Source: an uncultured Candidatus Saccharibacteria bacterium
GTDB taxonomy: Bacteria; Patescibacteriota; Minisyncoccia; Minisyncoccales; Staskawiczbacteraceae
DNA: 32,393 bases
Direction: 5' to 3'
Assembly: GCA_964363825.1 (NCBI GenBank)
Contig: CAYIJR010000002.1
Span: 1 to 32,393, forward strand
Shown here: positions 24,891 through 31,694 of the stretch, piece by piece
Layout of the letters: each line of letters opens with the position of its first letter
Position numbering within the stretch: the first letter of the stretch is position 1
Program-made: the position numbers and the translations under genes
The notes under the pieces: model-generated
Seen by the model: only the letters and a program-made list of their open reading frames with translations
Databases searched by the model: none
Told to the model about the DNA's origin: nothing

Positions 24891-26084
24891 ATGTTTAGCG
24901 TGAACAAAAAGAAAATATTTTATGGTTTAGTTCTGGTTGCACTTTTTTGTATTGTTTTTTACGGCGGATTTTACATCGGCAAAACCAGCGTGGTTTGCAA
25001 AGCCTGCAAGCCAGAAACCATTGATTTTTCCCTTTTTTGGGATGCTTACAACAAATTGCACCAGCATTTTATTAATAGCGACAAATTAGACGACCAAAAA
25101 ATAATTTATGGCGCCATTTCCGGCATGGCCAAAAGCACGGATGATCCTTATACTGACTTTTTTAATCCCCAGCAGGCAAAAATGTTCCAGCAGGATTTGT
25201 TGGGAACCTTTGACGGCATTGGCGTGGAAGTGGCAATTAAAAAAGACCAGCTGACCATTGTTGCTCCATTAAAAGACACGCCTGGCGAAAAAGCTGGGTT
25301 GAAAGCCGGTGACCAGATTATAAAAATAAATGGCAAGAGCACTTCTGACATGTCCATCGATGAGGCCATCAATGCCATCCGCGGGCCGAAGGGAACCAGC
25401 GTCAATTTAACCATTTTCCGCGATGGCTGGAGCCAAACCAAAGACTTTACCATTGTCAGGGATACCATTAAAGTTGAATCGGTAAAGTGGGAATTAAAAG
25501 ATGGAGATGTGGCCTACATCCACATCCGCCAATTTGACCAGGCCTTGTCCAATGACTTTAAAAAAGTAGCTTTTGAAATTATTTCCAGCCCGGCTAAAAA
25601 AATTATTGTTGATTTGCGGAATAATCCAGGTGGATACTTGGAAGTTTGCCAGGATATTGCCGGTTGGTTTTTGCCGCAAGGCCAAGTAGTAACCATTGAA
25701 GACTTTGGTAAAGGCAAAGACCAGCAGCAATACAAAGCCCAGGGAAATGGCAGTTTGGTCGGATATCCAACAGTAATTTTGATAAATAAGGGCTCGGCTT
25801 CGGCCGCGGAAATTTTAGCCGGAGCTTTGCATGACAACCGCAGCATCCAGTTAATTGGCGAAAAATCTTTTGGCAAAGGATCAGTCCAGGAAGTGGTGGA
25901 TTTGCAAGACGGAAAATCCTTCCTGAAAGTAACCATTGCCAAATGGCTGACGCCAAAAGGCAACTCAATTTCAGATGTTGGCTTAAATCCTGATATTAAA
26001 GTGGTGATAACCGATGATGACACGAATGCCAAAAGGGATCCGCAATTGGACAAAGCCCTTGAAATTGTTAAGGGTTTAAAGTAA
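24891..26084 (+). CDS. Carboxy-terminal processing protease (peptidase S41) with PDZ domain
   Basis: PDZ GEKAGLKAGDQIIKING, catalytic NKGSASAAEI, and GKGSVQ. ATG 24891 is preferred to TTG 24855. Confidence 0.85.
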   Translation: MFSVNKKKIFYGLVLVALFCIVFYGGFYIGKTSVVCKACKPETIDFSLFWDAYNKLHQHFINSDKLDDQKIIYGAISGMAKSTDDPYTDFFNPQQAKMFQQDLLGTFDGIGVEVAIKKDQLTIVAPLKDTPGEKAGLKAGDQIIKINGKSTSDMSIDEAINAIRGPKGTSVNLTIFRDGWSQTKDFTIVRDTIKVESVKWELKDGDVAYIHIRQFDQALSNDFKKVAFEIISSPAKKIIVDLRNNPGGYLEVCQDIAGWFLPQGQVVTIEDFGKGKDQQQYKAQGNGSLVGYPTVILINKGSASAAEILAGALHDNRSIQLIGEKSFGKGSVQEVVDLQDGKSFLKVTIAKWLTPKGNSISDVGLNPDIKVVITDDDTNAKRDPQLDKALEIVKGLK

Positions 26085-26100
26085 AATACTAATCATAAAA

Positions 26101-26173
26101 CATGAAACGTAAAACGTGAAACATTTTACGAATTGTTTCGTTATGTTTCAAGTTTCAGGTTTCAAGTTTCATG
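26101..26173. repeat. Word-repeat hairpin (GAAAC / GTTTC words) between the S41 protease gene and rplI
   Basis: catgaaacgtaaaacgtgaaaca opposes tgtttcgttatgtttcaagtttcaggtttcaagtttcatg. Confidence 0.75.
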
Positions 26174-26175
26174 AT

Positions 26176-26631
26176 ATGAAGGTTATTCTTCTTGAAGACG
26201 TGGAAAACTTGGGCAAGAAATACGAAGTAAAGGAAATAAAGTCCGGCTATGCCAGGAATTTTTTAATTCCTAAAAACCTGGTCAAACTTGCTACCAAACA
26301 AAACTTAAAATGGCTTCGAGACCAAAAAGCGGCCATGGAAAAACAGTCCGAAGAAGACCTGAAAAAGTCCCAAGAAGCGGCTTCAAAAATTGATGGCCTG
26401 GAAGTATCGATTTCTGTAAAAGTAGGGCCAGAAGGCCAGTTGTTTGAGTCTATAAATAATGTCAAAATAGCCGAAAAATTAAAAGAAATGGGTTTTAACA
26501 TCAAAAAATCCCAAATTAATTTAGAAAAACCGATTAAGGAGCTCGGTGAATTCCCGGTGAAAATAAATTTGGATCACAATTTGGAAACAGAAATAAACTT
26601 AATTGTTATTGAGGAAAAAGAAAATGGCTAA
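26176..26631 (+). CDS. rplI: 50S ribosomal protein L9
   Basis: MKVILLEDVENLGKKYEVKEIKSGYARNFLIPKNL is the canonical L9 N-domain. ATG 26176 is preferred to the track start. Confidence 0.9.
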   Translation: MKVILLEDVENLGKKYEVKEIKSGYARNFLIPKNLVKLATKQNLKWLRDQKAAMEKQSEEDLKKSQEAASKIDGLEVSISVKVGPEGQLFESINNVKIAEKLKEMGFNIKKSQINLEKPIKELGEFPVKINLDHNLETEINLIVIEEKENG

Positions 26632-28240
26632 ATACATTTTTGTTGCGGGTGGAGTGATGTCTGGCATTGGCAAAGGAGTGGCCACCGCCAGCATCGCAAG
26701 AATATTAAAAAGCAAAGGGTTTGGAGTTACCGCAATAAAAATTGATCCCTATATCAACGTTGACGCAGGCACCATGAATCCAGTTGAGCACGGTGAAGTA
26801 TTTGTAACCGAAGACGGCACTGAATGCGACCAAGACATTGGAAATTACGAACGGTTTTTAGAAGAAGATATTTACACTGGCAACTACATGACCACCGGTC
26901 GGGTGTACCAAGCAGTCATCAACCGGGAAAGGAATTTGGAATACAACGGCAAATGCGTTGAAGTGGTGCCAGACATCCCCAACGAAGTTATTTTGCGCAT
27001 TAAAAAAACCGGCCAGAAGACCAAAGCCGACTTTGTATTAATTGAAATCGGCGGCACGGTGGGCGAGTACCAGAATCTGCTATTTCTGGAGGCCGCCAGA
27101 ATGATGAAAATTTCACATCCAAAAGATATGCTTTTTGTTTTGGTCAGTTACATGCCCGTTCCCGAAATGATTGGAGAAATGAAAACCAAGCCCACACAGT
27201 ACGCGGTCAGGACATTGAATTCCGCAGGCATCCAGCCAGACATCATTTTAGCTAGATCTGTCGTTGCCCTTGACGAACCGCGCAAAATAAAACTTTCCAA
27301 TTTTTGCAATGTTTTACCAGAAGATATTATTTCCGCTCCCGATGTAAAATCCATTTATGAAGTCCCGATTAATTTTGAAAAAGAAAATTTGGGAAATGAA
27401 ATTTTAAAAAAATTTGGCATGCGGACCCGTAAAAGCGATTTGAAAAAATGGAAAGCCTTGGTGGCTATAATAAAAAATTCGCCCAAACCCATTGAAATCG
27501 GCATTGTGGGGAAATATTTTGAATCGGGAAAATTCACGCTAGCAGATTCTTATATTTCCGTCATTGAAGCAGTCAAACACGCTTGTTTTTCCCAGCACCG
27601 AAAACCGCATATCACATGGGTTTCAGCTGAAGATTTTGAAAAAAATCCCTCATCATTGAAAAAATTAAAAGCATTTGACGGCATCATTGTGCCCGGCGGA
27701 TTTGGTAACCGCGGCATAGAAGGAAAAATAAAAACCATTGAATATTGCCGGAAAAATAAAATCCCGTTTTTGGGGTTGTGTCTGGGGATGCAGCTTTTAG
27801 TCATAGAATTTGCCAGGCATGTGTGCGGACTTAAGGATGCCAATTCAGCAGAATTTAATCCTTCGTCAAAAAACAAGGTGATTAATGTCATGGAAGAGCA
27901 AAAAGCTTTGCTCCAAGAAAAAAACTACGGGGGGACGATGCGGCTTGGGTCATATGAATGCGAATTAAAGCCAAAAACCATCAGCCGCAAAGCGTATGGC
28001 AAAAGCACTATTACCGAAAGGCACCGGCACCGATACGAATTAAATAACGCTTACCGCAAAACCCTTGAGCAAAATGGCATAGTCATGGCCGGCATCAATC
28101 CCGAAAAAGACTTGGTGGAAATCATTGAGTTGCCCAGCCACCCGTTTTTTGTGGGCACCCAATTCCATCCTGAATTCAAGTCCCGGCCCTTGGATCCCCA
28201 TCCTTTGTTTAAGGAATTTATTAAGGTTGCGGCAAAGTAA
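26624..28240 (+). CDS. pyrG: CTP synthase
   Basis: MAKYIFVAGGVMSGIGKG, GATase motif GLCLGMQ, and FHPEF. Overlaps rplI by 8 nt. Confidence 0.95.
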   Translation: MAKYIFVAGGVMSGIGKGVATASIARILKSKGFGVTAIKIDPYINVDAGTMNPVEHGEVFVTEDGTECDQDIGNYERFLEEDIYTGNYMTTGRVYQAVINRERNLEYNGKCVEVVPDIPNEVILRIKKTGQKTKADFVLIEIGGTVGEYQNLLFLEAARMMKISHPKDMLFVLVSYMPVPEMIGEMKTKPTQYAVRTLNSAGIQPDIILARSVVALDEPRKIKLSNFCNVLPEDIISAPDVKSIYEVPINFEKENLGNEILKKFGMRTRKSDLKKWKALVAIIKNSPKPIEIGIVGKYFESGKFTLADSYISVIEAVKHACFSQHRKPHITWVSAEDFEKNPSSLKKLKAFDGIIVPGGFGNRGIEGKIKTIEYCRKNKIPFLGLCLGMQLLVIEFARHVCGLKDANSAEFNPSSKNKVINVMEEQKALLQEKNYGGTMRLGSYECELKPKTISRKAYGKSTITERHRHRYELNNAYRKTLEQNGIVMAGINPEKDLVEIIELPSHPFFVGTQFHPEFKSRPLDPHPLFKEFIKVAAK

Positions 28241-28245
28241 AAAAA

Positions 28246-28265
28246 ATCAACCCGCGCGGGCTGAT
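28246..28265. terminator. Bidirectional hairpin between convergent pyrG and rpmA
   Basis: atcaacccgc/gcgggctgat with an A-run upstream and T-rich sequence downstream. Confidence 0.6.
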
Positions 28266-28273
28266 TTAAAATT

Positions 28274-28558
28274 TTACTTTTTACCCTCTACAACACTAAC
28301 CACTTTTGCCATTCTTTGTTTTCCGTTAAATAACTTTTTTAGTTTTGTTCCAAAGCTAACTACACCGTCTTTTACAGCGTAAATTGTATCGTCTGAACCT
28401 TTTCTCACGTTTTTCCCGGGAAGGTATCTTGTGCCCCGCTGGCGGATAATAATGTTGCCGATTTTGGCAATTTGCCCGGCAGAAATTTTAACACCCAGCC
28501 GCTGGGCTTCAGAATCTCTGCCTAATCTGGACGCGCCAGTTGATTTACTTGTGCTCAT
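28274..28558 (-). CDS. rpmA: 50S ribosomal protein L27
   Basis: [19 protein letters not shown]...[21 protein letters not shown] 28558 is preferred to the longer track ORF. Confidence 0.9.
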   Translation of the reverse strand: MSTSKSTGASRLGRDSEAQRLGVKISAGQIAKIGNIIIRQRGTRYLPGKNVRKGSDDTIYAVKDGVVSFGTKLKKLFNGKQRMAKVVSVVEGKK

Positions 28559-28565
28559 GTTTGGT

Positions 28566-28646
28566 GAGAATCTAGAATCTAGAAAATAGAATCTAGAATA
28601 CGAAACGTTCACATTCTATTTTCTACTTTCTATTTTCTACTTTCTA
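28566..28646. repeat. Word-repeat hairpin of the same family as 9454-9527, in a divergent spacer
   Basis: tagaaaatagaat (28580-92) pairs perfectly with attctattttcta (28613-25). It shares tagaatacgaaa and ttctactttct with the kbl-glmS spacer. Confidence 0.85.
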
Positions 28647-28654
28647 ATAAAATT

Positions 28655-28822
28655 ATGTTATCAAAATTATTTGAATTTGTCAAAGCCCATATAGATACGA
28701 TTATTTTATCCGTCGTAATAATGCTTTTTTTATTGTTTTCTTTTGCCGCAGGATATATAATGGCAAAATACCAAGATAGGCAGCCAATTTACATACAACA
28801 AGACAACAAGCCAAATAAATGA
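28655..28822 (+). CDS. Small membrane protein (55 aa), translationally coupled to uppS
   Basis: MLSKLFEFVKAHIDTIILSVVIMLFLLFSFAAGYIMAKYQDRQPIYIQQDNKPNK. ATGA overlap with the uppS start. Below the ORF-track length cutoff. Confidence 0.4.
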   Translation: MLSKLFEFVKAHIDTIILSVVIMLFLLFSFAAGYIMAKYQDRQPIYIQQDNKPNK

Positions 28823-29505
28823 AAAACATACCACAGCACATTGTTTTATTTCCCGATGGCAACCGCCGCTGGGCAAAAGAAAAAGGATTAGATTCTTTCA
28901 AAGGCCACTATCAAGGATATAAAAATATCATTAATTTTGGCGAATGGTGCAAAAATAGGGGAGTGAAAGTTATTACCGCTTTTGGATTTTCAACCGAAAA
29001 CTGGAAACGGTCGGAAGACGAAGTAACATATCTCATGAATCTGCTGAACATGGGTTTGGCGGAATCTCTTGAAAGGTTCCAGAAAAACAATGTGCGGGTA
29101 AAAATTATCGGTCAGGTGGAACGATTACCAAAGGTTTGCCAAAAAACAATACAAGACATTGAAGAAAAAACAAGAAACAATACAGCCTTGCACCTGAACT
29201 TAGCTGTCAGCTACGGAGGCCAATGGGATATTTTACAAGCTGTCAAAAAGATTGCTGAAGAAAAAATTCCGCCAGAAAAAATTGATGAAGCATTGTTTGA
29301 AAATTATTTATCAACAGCCGGTTTGCCAAATCCAGATTTGGTCATAAGAGCCGGCGGCGAAATGCGCCTTTCTAATTTTGTTTTGTGGCAGGCAGCTTAC
29401 TCGGAATTATATTTTTCGCCAAAAATGTGGCCGGAATTTTCAGAAGAAGATTTTAATCTGGCTTTGGAAGAATTTGACCGGCGCACTCGCCGTTTTGGAA
29501 AATAG
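28819..29505 (+). CDS. uppS: Undecaprenyl (isoprenyl) diphosphate synthase, cis-prenyltransferase
   Basis: VLFPDGNRRWAKEKG and IRAGGEMRLSNFVLWQAAYSELYF. Confidence 0.9.
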   Translation: MKNIPQHIVLFPDGNRRWAKEKGLDSFKGHYQGYKNIINFGEWCKNRGVKVITAFGFSTENWKRSEDEVTYLMNLLNMGLAESLERFQKNNVRVKIIGQVERLPKVCQKTIQDIEEKTRNNTALHLNLAVSYGGQWDILQAVKKIAEEKIPPEKIDEALFENYLSTAGLPNPDLVIRAGGEMRLSNFVLWQAAYSELYFSPKMWPEFSEEDFNLALEEFDRRTRRFGK

Positions 29506-29527
29506 TTAAAATATAGTCTTAAATTGG

Positions 29528-29559
29528 TGCAAAAATGCTACGATCGTATCATTTTTGCA
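29528..29559 (+). terminator. Hairpin after uppS
   Basis: tgcaaaaatg (29528-37) pairs with catttttgca (29550-59). The loop contains acgatcgt. No clean T-run. Confidence 0.4.
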
Positions 29560-29628
29560 TGAATTTAAAGTAGAAATTAGAAAATATGCAAAACATATTT
29601 TTTAAATTCTAAATTATAAAAAAAGAGG

Positions 29629-30129
29629 TTACGCCTCTTTTTTTATTAACGTTTTCGCCATCTCTATCCACTTTGATCGGCGCGGCTTTTGCTTGTACTT
29701 GGCGGTTGATTTGTGGATTTCCATCAAAGTGTGCAAATCACTTTTGGGCCATTTGGCCAAATAGACACCTTTGTTTTTATGGATAATGGCAACCGCTTTT
29801 TGCCACATTTCAAAATCCCGTCTCTTTTTTTCCAGTTGTAATTTATTTTTTTTGAAAAATGGGACAACTGCGTCATGGATGCCATCAATGTCTTGGACAG
29901 AAAACCGCGCTTGGTCTTTGATAATATGTATGTCTCCACAGCCCATCATTTTTTTGACTTTTCCCATCATTTTGGAATTTTCTTTCGGGCTGGTGATTAC
30001 AAATTGCAGCTTCCAACGGTAATAGGTGGGCGAGCCTGTCCTTTCATGCCTTGTGTCTTTGCGGAATTGCAAATCAAAACAGCAGTCGTTGTTAATTAGA
30101 GAGGTAATAGTTGAATTTTCTTTTGCCAT
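29629..30129 (-). CDS. Free-standing single-motif LAGLIDADG-type homing endonuclease homolog (degenerate motif)
   Basis: The I-CreI-like layout aligns by eye: ITSLINNDCCFDLQF (motif position), RWKLQFVITS, MGCGDIHIIKDQARFSVQDIDGIHDAVVPFFKKNKLQLEKKRRDFEMW. ATG 30129. Confidence 0.65.
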   Translation of the reverse strand: MAKENSTITSLINNDCCFDLQFRKDTRHERTGSPTYYRWKLQFVITSPKENSKMMGKVKKMMGCGDIHIIKDQARFSVQDIDGIHDAVVPFFKKNKLQLEKKRRDFEMWQKAVAIIHKNKGVYLAKWPKSDLHTLMEIHKSTAKYKQKPRRSKWIEMAKTLIKKEA

Positions 30130-30151
30130 AATATTATTATAGCAAAGAATT

Positions 30152-30165
30152 AGTTGTGCGACAAT
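30152..30165 (+). repeat. Variant copy of the word (AGTTGTGCGACAAT)
   Basis: The core ttgtgcgacaa is exact. Confidence 0.75.
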
Positions 30166-30173
30166 CCCCAAAT

Positions 30174-30210
30174 CTTATTGTGCGACTCCGCTTAGCGGGG
30201 TGCGACAAAT
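30174..30210 (+). repeat. Composite unit: word interrupted by GC hairpin
   Basis: cttattgtgcgac-tccgc-tta-gcgggg-tgcgacaaat. Confidence 0.9.
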
Positions 30211-30213
30211 ATC

Positions 30214-30241
30214 TTGTTTATTATTATTTTTTTGATAATAT
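30214..30241 (+). promoter_or_regulatory. Candidate promoter of rdgB with extended -10
   Basis: TTGTTT at 30214-19, a 16-nt spacer, then TGaTAATAT (TAATAT at 30236-41). SD AAGGAGA lies before ATG 30271. Confidence 0.5.
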
Positions 30242-30270
30242 TACGTTAACCAATCAAAAAGGAGAAACGT

Positions 30271-30858
30271 ATGCAAATAGTTCTTTCAACGCGCAATCCA
30301 AGCAAAGCAGAGCAAATTAAGGCAATCTTTGCGTCTTTGCCAATTTCAATCTTAACCCTTGCTGAGGCGGGGATTGAAGGCGAAGCAATTGAAGACGGTG
30401 TAACTCTTCAAGAGAATGCTTTAAAAAAAGCTCTATTTGCCCATCAGCCGGGATTATGGGCAATGGCTGATGACACGGGAATATTCATTGATGCCCTTAA
30501 TGGTTTGCCTGGTGTAAATACCGCCCGGTGGTCAGGTGGCCACAAAGAAACCGAACAAATGACCAACTGGATATTAAAACAGCTTGAAGGCTTTGATAAC
30601 CGCTCGGCTACGTTTGAAACAGTGGTTGCACTTGTTTCACCAAATGGCGAACAGTTCTTTTTTGGCGGCAAAGTGAGGGGGCGTATTCTTGAGGCGCCAA
30701 AGACTCAGCCACAACCCAAAATGCCCTACAGCTCAATTTTTTCGCCAGAAGGCAGTGATAAAGTTTGGGCAGAAATGACCATTGAAGAAGAAAACGATAT
30801 TTCGCATCGCGGGCAAGCTTTTCGTAAAGCAAGAGCTTTCTTAATAACATTTCTATAA
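30271..30858 (+). CDS. rdgB: Non-canonical purine NTP pyrophosphatase (RdgB/HAM1 family)
   Basis: STRNPSKAEQI, ADDTGIFIDALNGLPGVNTARW, and ISHRGQAFRK. Confidence 0.88.
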   Translation: MQIVLSTRNPSKAEQIKAIFASLPISILTLAEAGIEGEAIEDGVTLQENALKKALFAHQPGLWAMADDTGIFIDALNGLPGVNTARWSGGHKETEQMTNWILKQLEGFDNRSATFETVVALVSPNGEQFFFGGKVRGRILEAPKTQPQPKMPYSSIFSPEGSDKVWAEMTIEEENDISHRGQAFRKARAFLITFL

Positions 30859-30898
30859 ATCAACCCACGCCAACGGCCTCGCAAAAATAGCGGGGCTT

Positions 30899-30934
30899 TT
30901 TATTGTGCGACCCCGCTTAGCGGGGTGCGACAAG
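30899..30934 (+). repeat. Composite unit: word interrupted by GC hairpin
   Basis: tttattgtgcgac-cccgc-tta-gcgggg-tgcgacaag, directly after the rdgB terminator hairpin gcctcgc..gcggggc-ttttt. Confidence 0.9.
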
Positions 30935-31015
30935 TTTTGACTGCATTACTATAATTTGATAGCATATATCTGGTGCTTGATCACTGTTTAATAAACTTAA
31001 TGAAGGGGAGTTGAA

Positions 31016-31477
31016 ATGAACGGCACTGTTGTTGGAATTTTCGTCCACGCTAAAGCTGGCGAACCAATGCAGCAAGTGCAAGAAGTTGAGGCGGTCGCCG
31101 GCAAAGGCCTTAGTGGAGACCGATATTGTGCAGGCGAAGGAAGTTTTAACAAAGGCGCCCAGGGAAAAAGGCAAGTAAGTCTCATCAATGCGATTTTCTT
31201 TGAGGGCAGTGATTTTGAGTATGCCGATAGCCGCCGCAATATAGTCGTTAAGGATGTTGAGCTGATGTGGCTTATTGGTAGGGAGTTCAAAATCGGAGAA
31301 GCTCTTTTCAGGGGCGTAAAGTACTGCGACCCTTGCGAAAAACCAAAAAGCTCGCAAAACAAAGAAAAAATTTTCAAAGAGGAGTTCTTTGATCGCGGAG
31401 GGCTTATTGCAGAAGTTTTAGTGAGTGGTGTGATTAAGACAGGGGACGCTATTATTTCTCCGCCAAAAGGGTACTAA
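31016..31477 (+). CDS. MOSC domain-containing protein
   Basis: 153 aa. GKGLSGDRY, RQVSLIN, and the conserved-Cys segment FRGVKYCDPCE. Confidence 0.8.
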   Translation: MNGTVVGIFVHAKAGEPMQQVQEVEAVAGKGLSGDRYCAGEGSFNKGAQGKRQVSLINAIFFEGSDFEYADSRRNIVVKDVELMWLIGREFKIGEALFRGVKYCDPCEKPKSSQNKEKIFKEEFFDRGGLIAEVLVSGVIKTGDAIISPPKGY

Positions 31478-31494
31478 CTGCCTAAAAAAACAAT

Positions 31495-31527
31495 GCCGCT
31501 CAGCAACTTCTGCTGGCGGCCTTTTTA
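31495..31527 (+). terminator. Rho-independent terminator of the MOSC gene
   Basis: gccgc(t)cagca-acttc-tgctggcggc, followed by cttttt. Confidence 0.8.
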
Positions 31528-31540
31528 TTCATAGAAGATT

Positions 31541-31597
31541 CTTATTGTGCGACCCCGCTTAGCGGGGTGCGACAAAATCATGGATGTCGCACAATAA
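31541..31597. repeat. Composite unit plus the only reverse-orientation copy of the word (inverted pair)
   Basis: cttattgtgcgac-cccgc-tta-gcgggg-tgcgacaaaat (31541-77), catggat, then tgtcgcacaataa (31585-97). Confidence 0.9.
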
Positions 31598-31667
31598 AAA
31601 TGGGCGAGGCATCGGTGGGCGAGGGGAGTAGTACGATTTAAGATTTTTGATTTTAGATTGCAGATTT

Positions 31668-31684
31668 CTATTGTGCGACAAATT
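31668..31684 (+). repeat. Copy of the word CTATTGTGCGACAAATT, 11 nt from the recombinase stop codon
   Basis: Exact core. Confidence 0.9.
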
Positions 31685-31694
31685 GGGCAGGGGA

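Noticed and set aside
25514-26053. 179-aa and 121-aa ORFs on the minus strand.
   Set aside because: They are antisense to the S41 protease gene, which has PDZ and catalytic motifs. Their composition is that of a typical shadow frame.
30927-30955. The word acting as a promoter -35 element (GCGACA followed 17 nt later by a perfect TATAAT at 30950-30955).
   Set aside because: The same spacing after the other intergenic copies gives poor -10 hexamers (CAATAT, TATTTT, CAATAA). Six copies are also intragenic. So the word is not a general promoter element.
30917-31377. 146-aa and 126-aa minus-strand ORFs.
   Set aside because: They are antisense to the MOSC-domain gene. They start inside the repeat/terminator region and have no motifs.
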